A DNA stretch of 10,131 nucleotides from Promethearchaeota archaeon (GTDB lineage Archaea; Asgardarchaeota; Lokiarchaeia; Sigyniarchaeales; SOKP01): NCBI GenBank assembly GCA_011364975.1, contig RDOE01000108.1:1-10131 (forward strand), written 5' to 3'. Positions 1-7,087 of this stretch are shown one piece after another. Below the pieces are notes generated by a model. It did not search any database. It was not told where the DNA came from and saw only the letters and a program-made list of their open reading frames with translations. Made by a program: the position numbers and the translations under genes. How positions within the stretch are numbered: the stretch's first letter is position 1; every line of letters starts with the position of its first letter.

Positions 1-1
1 C

Positions 2-1315
2 ATCGGAGCCTCGAGACAAGCTTTATCATTTAGTTTTACGATATTGAAAAATCTACTAGAGATTTTTTATCAAGGAAAATTATACATAATGAATCCAAAT
101 GCAAATGATATCCTTGGAGTTACATCCTATCATACAGTTGAAGAATTACCCGAAGTTCCTGAACTAGCTGTAATAGTATTAGGAAAGGATATACTTGAGA
201 TTGTAGAAAAATTAGGTAAAATAGGGGTAAAATATATTGCTATTCAAACAGAGTTGAAACCGGGGACAAAAGTTAATGATATAAATTTAAAACTTAATCA
301 AATTTGTGAAAAATATCAGATTACATACTTAGGTCCTTCTATGTTAGGAGTAATTAACTTTATTGACAATTTTACAACATCAATTATTCCTGTCCGTCAA
401 CATATTATGCGTGAAAATAAGAATATTAAGGAGGGTATCAGTTTTATTGCTCAATCTGGAGGGTTAGCTGGAGCTCTAGGATGGTGGACCCCCTCACAAA
501 AATTGCCTATTTCGAAAGTAATTCATCTAGGTAAAGGGTATCATATCAACGAAGCAGACATTTTAGAATACTTTCTAACTGATGGTACAACAAAGGTAGT
601 TTCATTATTCCTAAGAGATATTACTCCAGAAATAATAACTGCTGTTAGTCGAATTAGCCTCCTTAAACCTGTTTTATTTTATTATGTTGGTAAAAATGAT
701 ATTGCTGAGAGGGAGTTAGAAGCCGCAGGAGCTATATCTGTTCAAAATTATATAGAATTATTTGAGCTTGCTAAAATATTTTTATGGTGTCCCGCTCCAA
801 AAGGTATAAATCTAGGAATAATAGGACCTAGTTCTGGAGCAATACATTTAATTGTAAAGGAGATGAGAAAACAACATCTTTCACTAGCAAAACCAAGAGA
901 AGAAGCTCGCGATATTATTTTAGATAAAGTTGGGGGATCTACTTGCGCTTTTGGTAATCCTGTTGATTATTGGCCTCCTGAAAAATTCGTGGGAATAAAA
1001 ATTTGTGGAATTTATAATACTGCTTCCGAAGTTCTTTTAAAAGACGAAGCTGTGGATGGATTAATTTTAGCACTCGAATTTTTTACTGAAATAGAATTTG
1101 ATTTTTCTATTTATGCCCAGCTTATAAAAAAGTATCCGAAAAAACCAATTATTGTGATTCTAATACAAGCAGAACATGAAGGGGCTAAACGTGTTATAAA
1201 ATCCGCAACAGAATTAAAGATTCCCGTTTTCGAAAATGAGGTAGAAAGAGCTGTCCGTGGGTATAAATTATTATATGACTATTATTCAAAAATTAAAAAA
1301 AGAAATAAAAATTAG
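2..1315 (+). CDS. CoA-binding / ADP-forming acyl-CoA synthetase (ACD) alpha-subunit-like protein, 5'-partial; catalytic phosphohistidine loop apparently absent
   Basis: The frame is open from base 2 (IGASRQALSFSFTILKNL...), so the TTG at 44 is not the start. IGAS is the CoA-binding Rossmann motif. Other ACD/SucD-like motifs: NP(N), LAVIV, LGPSMLGVIN, ISFIAQSGGL, KPVL, NPVD, DEAVDGLI, KPII, IPVF. Confidence 0.88.
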   Translation: MGASRQALSFSFTILKNLLEIFYQGKLYIMNPNANDILGVTSYHTVEELPEVPELAVIVLGKDILEIVEKLGKIGVKYIAIQTELKPGTKVNDINLKLNQICEKYQITYLGPSMLGVINFIDNFTTSIIPVRQHIMRENKNIKEGISFIAQSGGLAGALGWWTPSQKLPISKVIHLGKGYHINEADILEYFLTDGTTKVVSLFLRDITPEIITAVSRISLLKPVLFYYVGKNDIAERELEAAGAISVQNYIELFELAKIFLWCPAPKGINLGIIGPSSGAIHLIVKEMRKQHLSLAKPREEARDIILDKVGGSTCAFGNPVDYWPPEKFVGIKICGIYNTASEVLLKDEAVDGLILALEFFTEIEFDFSIYAQLIKKYPKKPIIVILIQAEHEGAKRVIKSATELKIPVFENEVERAVRGYKLLYDYYSKIKKRNKN

Positions 1316-1863
1316 CTTGAAAAAATCTCTTTCAATTCTGAAGGAATTTCTATGCTTTCATCCAGTAGAGACAAAGCATAGACTTTCTCTCCACATTTAC
1401 ACGATTCTCCTTCGAATAAATAGAATTTAAACTGATTTTTCCAATTACATATATTAACAATTTCTATTTTAGCAAGATCTCCACAAACACAATAAATTCC
1501 TAAAGATTCAGAATAGTTGGGGATAATTTCTTCAAAAGACATTGTAGATTCACTAAATTCAGAATCAGATAACATCTGATTAATTTTATCTGCATATTTA
1601 TCCTTTAAACTTGGAATGAAATCTGTAATAATTCCATCATTTCCCTTCATCTCGGTTAGAACGATAAAATTTTGTTCCGGTTTCTCTTCTTTCTTTTCTA
1701 CGACTTCAGGAGGCGTTATTTGTTGACGAAATTGCTCTGGGATGGGAATGGGTTCCATTCCTTCAGGATATTTGAAGGTTACGTAATATTCCACTAAACC
1801 CCTTAATGGTCTCTGATTAATGATATTCAAATATTTTAAATAGAGAAAATTTGATAAGTTCAA
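1312..1863 (-). CDS. Hypothetical protein with a C-terminal CxCG...CxCG zinc-ribbon-like motif; probably the C-terminal part of the frameshifted gene 1312-2572
   Basis: 183-codon ORF with protein-like composition and motifs YCVCG and SCKCG. Its TTG start lies inside the upstream ORF, three codons after an in-frame TAA. Its stop overlaps the convergent ACD-like stop (TTAG, 1312-1315). Confidence 0.75.
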   Translation of the reverse strand: MNLSNFLYLKYLNIINQRPLRGLVEYYVTFKYPEGMEPIPIPEQFRQQITPPEVVEKKEEKPEQNFIVLTEMKGNDGIITDFIPSLKDKYADKINQMLSDSEFSESTMSFEEIIPNYSESLGIYCVCGDLAKIEIVNICNWKNQFKFYLFEGESCKCGEKVYALSLLDESIEIPSELKEIFSS

Positions 1864-2572
1864 GGGGTACTTTTAATTCTATAAGACCTGATCTTATGTT
1901 ACTTAAAAGTTCTCCAATAAAACTTTTAATTATTAATATATCTTCTCTATTTTGAGCATAAATTTCACTTCTTGCATCTTCTTTAAATCTAAACCATTTT
2001 TTCACCACAGATCCCCTTACTAGCTGCGGTAACATACAAAATACACATAACACTGGAAGCATTAATAAAGGATCAATATTAAGTCCAACTGCAGGAAGAA
2101 CAAGAAAAATTACAGCGATCGCTAGCATGGGTAAAGTAATTAACAAGCTCAATCTTCTTAATCTCTTATCAACTGAGGTTGTTATTCCTTTTTTTAATGC
2201 CATATCTTCGGTTTTATTTTTTATTCCCTTAATTATATCCAATATTTTGCCTTCCTCAAATTTCTTCTTAAGAAATTTCTCTTCTTCTCCCCCTTTATCG
2301 AATAATTCGATTTTGTCTTCTATTTTTTTTAAATACTGATCGACAGTTCGATCTTTAAAAATGAAATCCAAAGGTTCTTCAGAGAGATAATCTAAAAATT
2401 TAATAACAGATAATTTATCTTCAACTGTTTTGATATCCTCTGGATTTAATCCTAAAGCTTCCTGAAGTACTTGACTTTGTGTTTTTCTAACGGGTCTTGT
2501 CCTTTTTCTCCTTCTTTCGGGTTCTTCAGCTGACTCAGGTTTATATGGTTTTTCTTTTTCCGCTTCATTCAT
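1817..2572 (-). CDS. Hypothetical membrane protein (charged helical N-terminus, two TM helices); probably the N-terminal part of a frameshifted gene spanning 1312-2572
   Basis: 251-aa ORF with ATG start. Hydrophobic hairpin LSLLITLPMLAIAVIFLVLPAVGL / PLLMLPVLCVFCMLPQLV. It overlaps the downstream same-strand ORF by 47 nt. Confidence 0.8.
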   Translation of the reverse strand: MNEAEKEKPYKPESAEEPERRRKRTRPVRKTQSQVLQEALGLNPEDIKTVEDKLSVIKFLDYLSEEPLDFIFKDRTVDQYLKKIEDKIELFDKGGEEEKFLKKKFEEGKILDIIKGIKNKTEDMALKKGITTSVDKRLRRLSLLITLPMLAIAVIFLVLPAVGLNIDPLLMLPVLCVFCMLPQLVRGSVVKKWFRFKEDARSEIYAQNREDILIIKSFIGELLSNIRSGLIELKVPLELIKFSLFKIFEYH

Positions 2573-2638
2573 AATTTCTTCAATAAATTATTTGTTTCCT
2601 TTATAAGCTATAATTAAGCATTCGATAATTAACTTTAT

Positions 2639-2652
2639 GAAAAATATTTAAG
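2639..2652 (+). promoter_or_regulatory. Putative archaeal BRE/TATA element for the SMP-30 gene
   Basis: GAAAAA-TATTTAAG lies about 25-38 nt upstream of ATG 2677, spacing typical of a leaderless archaeal transcript. The AT-rich background limits specificity. Confidence 0.35.
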
Positions 2653-2676
2653 CTAAAAATAATTACTACTCTGATT

Positions 2677-3513
2677 ATGAGTAATGTTATCAAACTTCAA
2701 TCTAAGGTCTTAATAGAAGGCTTAAAATTTCCTGAAGGTCCTCGCTGGCATAATGATAAACTTTGGTTTTCAGATATGGCAGATCATAAGATATTAACGG
2801 TAGACGTGGATGGAAATTTAGACTTAATTCTTGAACGACCGAATATGGTTTCTGGTTTAGGTTGGCTATCTGATGATAGCTTAATTTTCGTATCAATGGA
2901 AGACCGTCGATTGTTCAAGTTTAAAGCAGGTAAAATAAGTGAATATGCGAACTTAAGTGAATTGGCAACATTCCATCTTAATGATATGGTAATTGATAAG
3001 AAAGATCGTGCATATGTTGGTAATTTTGGATTCGATTATATCAATAACGCACCTTTTGTACACACAGTAATTATTATGGTCACACCTGAAGGTGAATCAA
3101 GAATAGTTGCTAATCATATGGCCTTTCCAAATGGAACCGTCATTACTCCAGATGATAAAACTCTTATTGTTGGGGAAACATTCGCAACACGCCTTACAGC
3201 CTTTGACATTCAAGATGATGGGTCCTTAATTAATCGTAGAGTATGGGCAAAATTAAAATCTTTACCCCCTGATGGGATATGTCTTGATGAAGAGGGAGGT
3301 ATATGGGTTGCAGCACCCGGCGGCCATAGAGTAGTACGTGTATTAGAAGGAGGCGAAATAACTCACAATGTTAGGGTTGAAAATGATGCTTATGCATGTA
3401 TGCTAGGAGGCCCTGATCGAAGAAAACTTTTTATTGCTACATCCGATCCCACCCGAACTATTGGTAGAATAGAATTTGTTGATGTGGAATACGCAGGTAC
3501 TGGTCTTCCTTAA
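2677..3513 (+). CDS. SMP-30/gluconolactonase/LRE family beta-propeller protein
   Basis: Family motifs FPEGPRW, LWFSD, LNDMVID..RAYVG, FPNGTVITPD, PDGICLDEEGGIWVA and ACMLGGPDRRKLFIAT. Metal ligands E, N, N, D are present. Confidence 0.95.
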   Translation: MSNVIKLQSKVLIEGLKFPEGPRWHNDKLWFSDMADHKILTVDVDGNLDLILERPNMVSGLGWLSDDSLIFVSMEDRRLFKFKAGKISEYANLSELATFHLNDMVIDKKDRAYVGNFGFDYINNAPFVHTVIIMVTPEGESRIVANHMAFPNGTVITPDDKTLIVGETFATRLTAFDIQDDGSLINRRVWAKLKSLPPDGICLDEEGGIWVAAPGGHRVVRVLEGGEITHNVRVENDAYACMLGGPDRRKLFIATSDPTRTIGRIEFVDVEYAGTGLP

Positions 3514-3580
3514 TTGTAATCATAATATATATTAAGAGACATGGTATTATCTTATGTAAAAAACATTTCTCAATTGTATT

Positions 3581-4600
3581 ATGATTGAATTCTTAAGCAG
3601 ACATAAAAAAGCACTTTTAATAATAGTACCAATCATAACTGCGGGTGTTATTGGGTCCACACTCGGAATCATCTTTTTATTAACACCATCTTTTGAATGG
3701 AATTTTTCTACTCCAGAACAACAAGGTATGAATTCAACTTTAATAGATGAGATGGTTAGTTATGCTGCAGTAAATGGTGAGCTTTATTCACTATTGGTTA
3801 TAAGAAATGGATATATCGTTGTAGAGGAATATTTAAATGGACATGATGTTGATATGAGAAAAGATATCTGGTCCGTTACAAAAGTATTTTCCTCAACTAT
3901 TGCAGGAATCGCCGCAGACAAAGGATTTATTGATGTTGATGATTATGTATTAGATTATTTTCGTGATTTAAATATATCTAATATCACTCCTGAAAAGGAG
4001 AATATGACAATAAGACATTTACTTACAATGACCACTGGTTTAAATAGTCCTTTAGATCCATATGATACAGATATTGAAAATGTTTTAAGTAGACCTATGA
4101 ATGCAGCTCCCGGAGAAATGAGTTCATATATTAATGGAGTTCCTCATATACTTATGCATATAATTCAGAGAGCAATTGGAAGTTCCGTATTTGACTTCGC
4201 TGTTCAGAATCTATTCAATCCCTTAGTATTCAAGAATTATTATTGGCCTAAGGACGGATATGGAGTACCTCAGGGGGGTTTTGGTCTTGAATTAACCGCA
4301 CGTGATATGGCTAAATTAGGGTTGCTCTTTCTTAATAATGGGCAAATACAAGGTATAAGGATTTTATCCTCAAATTGGGTACAAGATTCAATATCTGCTA
4401 ATATGGATCTCGCATCTGGAGCTGATTATGGATATTATTGGTGGCTTGAAAATTCTTACTATTTCGCATATGGAAATAATGATCAAGCAATTTATGTGAG
4501 CCCAAATAATAATCTGGTTGCTGTATTCCAATCTAATAATATTATAGATATGTCTCTTGAACTAATAGTAAATTATATCTTACCATCGATAGTTCAATAA
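3581..4600 (+). CDS. Membrane-anchored serine hydrolase, beta-lactamase class C / esterase family VIII-like
   Basis: SxxK motif (WSVTK), TIRHLLTMTTGL, YxN (SYIN), LFNPL, LTARDMAKLG, YGYYWW and AYG. N-terminal TM anchor LLIIVPIITAGVIGSTLGIIFLL. Confidence 0.92.
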   Translation: MIEFLSRHKKALLIIVPIITAGVIGSTLGIIFLLTPSFEWNFSTPEQQGMNSTLIDEMVSYAAVNGELYSLLVIRNGYIVVEEYLNGHDVDMRKDIWSVTKVFSSTIAGIAADKGFIDVDDYVLDYFRDLNISNITPEKENMTIRHLLTMTTGLNSPLDPYDTDIENVLSRPMNAAPGEMSSYINGVPHILMHIIQRAIGSSVFDFAVQNLFNPLVFKNYYWPKDGYGVPQGGFGLELTARDMAKLGLLFLNNGQIQGIRILSSNWVQDSISANMDLASGADYGYYWWLENSYYFAYGNNDQAIYVSPNNNLVAVFQSNNIIDMSLELIVNYILPSIVQ

Positions 4601-4636
4601 AAAAACAGAATTAAAAAAAATTAGAAAATTAGAAAT
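4599..4636 (-). terminator. Putative oligo(T) terminator downstream of the Nfu gene
   Basis: The minus strand immediately after the Nfu stop is T-rich with runs of about 7-8 T (plus strand AAAAAAACAGAATTAAAAAAAATTAGAAAATTAGAAAT), between convergent genes. Confidence 0.4.
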
Positions 4637-4864
4637 CTATGCGATATTTACTACTTGCTTAACTTCAGGAACAAATTGTTTAATTGCGCGCTCAATACCC
4701 CATTGTAATGTTTGTTGGGCATGCATACAACCAGCACAATGACCAACTAATCGTACTTTAACAATTCCATCATCAGTTATCTCGATTAATTCGACGTCTC
4801 CCCCATCCATTTGCAATTGAGGCCTAATTTTTTCCAACACTTGCTTTACTTTTTCTTTATCCAT
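4637..4864 (-). CDS. Stand-alone Nfu (NifU C-terminal domain) Fe-S cluster carrier protein
   Basis: Typical Nfu signature IRPQLQMDGGDVELI...VKVRLVGHCAGC...TLQWGIERAIKQFVPEV with CxxC; 75 aa. Confidence 0.95.
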   Translation of the reverse strand: MDKEKVKQVLEKIRPQLQMDGGDVELIEITDDGIVKVRLVGHCAGCMHAQQTLQWGIERAIKQFVPEVKQVVNIA

Positions 4865-5080
4865 TTTGATCTACAATCTTTTTTTTTTATCTTAATAATA
4901 AGAAATCTCTTATAATATTTAAAGAGTTTTTTAATAAAATATGGAATTTTTATTCAAAATGATTTAGAAAAAATAAGAAATTTACTTACTAAATTTTCTT
5001 TTCTAAAAATTAACTGAAAAATTCATATAAATTATATTCTTAGATAAATTAAAGCAAAAGAAGAAGAGATAAAGGATCGA

Positions 5081-5461
5081 ATGAACACTGACGAATTTCG
5101 GACTAAATTGGAAGAAGTACAAGATTTAATGAGACAAGAAAAGTATAAGAAGGCACTTTATTTACTAGAAGAATTAAAAGAAATTGAACAAACGGGCGAT
5201 TTTGACTACAGCCTCACACATAAATTATATCAATTAATCTCTAATTCTAAATCATTATATAATCAACAGAAAATACTGAATTTAATTACCCAAATTTCTC
5301 AAAAGGAAGATTCTGTATCATTAGTCGATTTAAATCAAAAATTAAAGGAGCAAGAGAATTTAGATATTGAACTTTCTATATTAAAACGGGAGATTGAAAT
5401 TCTAATCCTGAGATCGTTATTAAAATGTCAAATCGATGGAGATACCTTAATTTTTTATTAA
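5081..5461 (+). CDS. Small helical protein with a C-terminal PCI-like winged-helix domain
   Basis: 126-aa ORF with ATG preceded by AAAGGA. N-terminal TPR-like helical hairpin (QEKYKKALYLLEELKE). C-terminal pattern SVSLVDL..KL....EIEILILRSLLKCQIDGDTLIF resembles the PCI winged helix. The CDS is confident; the domain call is tentative. Confidence 0.75.
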   Translation: MNTDEFRTKLEEVQDLMRQEKYKKALYLLEELKEIEQTGDFDYSLTHKLYQLISNSKSLYNQQKILNLITQISQKEDSVSLVDLNQKLKEQENLDIELSILKREIEILILRSLLKCQIDGDTLIFY

Positions 5462-5542
5462 ATAGACCCCCCAAAAAATTCGGCTTTTTTAAACCTATTT
5501 TTAGACACAATATAAAATTAAACACTCATCTAAGTGATTTAG

Positions 5543-6115
5543 CTGATATTAGATTATCTTGCGCGTACTATTCAGTTAAAGATATGCTATTATGGTCCTG
5601 CTTTATCAGGAAAAACTACTTCGCTTAAAGTCCTGTTCAATCATTTTGGAAAAAAGGAGCAAGTATTAAGTATTGAGAGTAGCATCAATAGAACATTATT
5701 TTTTGATTATGGTACGATTTTGTTTGAAAATCAGAATTGGCTGTTAAAAATACATATTTATTCTACTACTGGGCAAGATTTTTATATGATAACAAGACCA
5801 ATAACTCTCCAAGCAATCGATGGAATAATTTTCATTGCAGATTCTCAACGCAGTGCCTATTATCGGAATTTAACTTCCTGGAATGAGCTTTGTAATTATT
5901 ATGAGGAGAGAATCCTTACACTTCCAAAGGTTATTGCATTTAATAAGCAAGATAAACCGGAAAAATTTAGTCCAAGGGAGTTTTTAGATAATGTCAATTA
6001 CTTCAAATATAATAATGTTGCGTACAGAAAAACAGTAGCAGTTAATGGAGAGGGAATATTAGATTGTTTTGAAGAGATACTCCGCTTAATTTTTACTAAT
6101 TTCTATAATAATTAG
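5543..6115 (+). CDS. MglA-like small GTPase (190 aa) with probable non-canonical CTG start
   Basis: The frame of ORF 5720-6115 is open back to TAG 5540-5542 and reads (L/M)ILDYLARTIQLKICYYGPALSGKTTSL...INRTLFFDYG...IYSTTGQ...DGIIFIADS...AFNKQD...TVAVNGEGI. This includes G1 GPALSGKTT, the MglA-type switch I RTLFFD, G3 variant STTGQ, G4 NKQD and G5 TVA. Confidence 0.9.
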   Translation: MILDYLARTIQLKICYYGPALSGKTTSLKVLFNHFGKKEQVLSIESSINRTLFFDYGTILFENQNWLLKIHIYSTTGQDFYMITRPITLQAIDGIIFIADSQRSAYYRNLTSWNELCNYYEERILTLPKVIAFNKQDKPEKFSPREFLDNVNYFKYNNVAYRKTVAVNGEGILDCFEEILRLIFTNFYNN

Positions 6116-6200
6116 ATGGTATCGACAAATTATGGCTATTAATATTTATGAGTTAAATATTCTTTAAAATTTACTGAGAAACTTATAGATTCTAGGTATT

Positions 6201-7037
6201 TTAAATCTTTAAAGTCATCGGCTTAATTTCGGTTAATCTTCCAAAAGTAGGAATTATCCAAAGATACTGACAGAACTTTAAATTTTTAGTTGTTGGTCTT
6301 GCAAAATTACTATGCCCTAGCCTTCCTGGAAAAAACAAACCTTCACCATCGGTAAGATCTTTACAAACCGATTCACCATTTGAATTTATTAAATATTGCG
6401 TAATTGCATAGTTCTCATCATCAATACAAAAAATGTAACATTCCGGAAATTCAGGATGAATATGGGGGAAAATTTGCGTATTACCCTCTTTTGAATCTTC
6501 TAAGTTCACACTCGTTATTACCCCCTGAACTAATAGTTCGTTAGGAATATTTGTAAAACCTGCCATGAAATATCCATTCATAATAGCGGTCCAAACTGTT
6601 CTATAGGTTGCCATTTTAGAACCAGAACCGTATTCTCCCCGTGGTTGAAACTTTATTTGTTCAAAATGTTGGAGCTCAAACTTAGCAACAACTTCTTTTT
6701 CTATAGGGGAATAACATAGACATATTTTACCGATATTAGAAGAATTAGCTTTTTGTTCGATCAAAATTTCAGTCTTTGGAGGTAAAAAGAATAAATCAAA
6801 TTGGTTTAAATCATATAAAAAACCTTCATAGAGAAGGGAGGCTTTTCCTAATAGTAAACATCCACATATGACTTGATTTTGTTTACATTTAATCTTAAGC
6901 TTCTTATCAAAATAAAAATATTCCAATTTAACAGCATTTAATGATCTTTCAACTCCCTGGCTAATAGGGTCATTAAAATAGAATCTATACATTTGATCTT
7001 TGTCAATTGATTTCATTTTACGTTCAGAATCCGCCAT
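6201..7037 (-). CDS. IolB/KduI-like bicupin (5-deoxy-glucuronate isomerase-like)
   Basis: N-terminal cupin-like segment (DLNQFDLFFLPP) and C-terminal metal-binding pattern FPHIHPEFPECYIF...GEGLFFPGRLGH, resembling the IolB PPHxH..EExY...GYH signature. Substrate is uncertain. Confidence 0.6.
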   Translation of the reverse strand: MADSERKMKSIDKDQMYRFYFNDPISQGVERSLNAVKLEYFYFDKKLKIKCKQNQVICGCLLLGKASLLYEGFLYDLNQFDLFFLPPKTEILIEQKANSSNIGKICLCYSPIEKEVVAKFELQHFEQIKFQPRGEYGSGSKMATYRTVWTAIMNGYFMAGFTNIPNELLVQGVITSVNLEDSKEGNTQIFPHIHPEFPECYIFCIDDENYAITQYLINSNGESVCKDLTDGEGLFFPGRLGHSNFARPTTKNLKFCQYLWIIPTFGRLTEIKPMTLKI

Positions 7038-7087
7038 AATCTCAAAAATTTAATTCCATAATAAAATTAGATGTAACTATTATTAGT

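Noticed and set aside
44-46. TTG start given for the ACD-like ORF
   Set aside because: The frame is open to the window edge and the conserved IGAS motif lies upstream (bases 2-13), so the true start is outside the window.
1312-1315. Overlapping stop codons of convergent genes (TTAG)
   Set aside because: A common arrangement in compact AT-rich genomes; not informative on its own.
2127-2339. 70-aa plus-strand ORF
   Set aside because: Antisense shadow of the Lys/Glu-rich minus-strand gene; Phe/Ser/Leu-rich, no motifs.
2702-2896. 64-aa minus-strand ORF
   Set aside because: Lies entirely antisense within the well-supported SMP-30 gene; no motifs.
4618-4636. Short tandem repeat AAATTAGA x2 as a CRISPR or repeat element
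   Set aside because: Only two 8-nt units with no spacers, within a T-rich terminator-like stretch.
5425-5628. 67-aa plus-strand ORF, considered as a small gene or a frameshifted GTPase N-terminus
   Set aside because: It overlaps the PCI-like gene and, out of frame, the GTPase P-loop region. The GTPase N-terminus is already complete in its own frame, so no frameshift is needed.
5720-6115. 131-aa ORF as the complete protein
   Set aside because: It lacks G1 and switch I, which are encoded in frame upstream; replaced by 5543-6115.
6113-6142. Amber readthrough at the GTPase stop (TAG ATG GTA ... TAA)
   Set aside because: It would add only about 9 residues. The GTPase fold is already complete, and TAG is an ordinary stop for other genes here.
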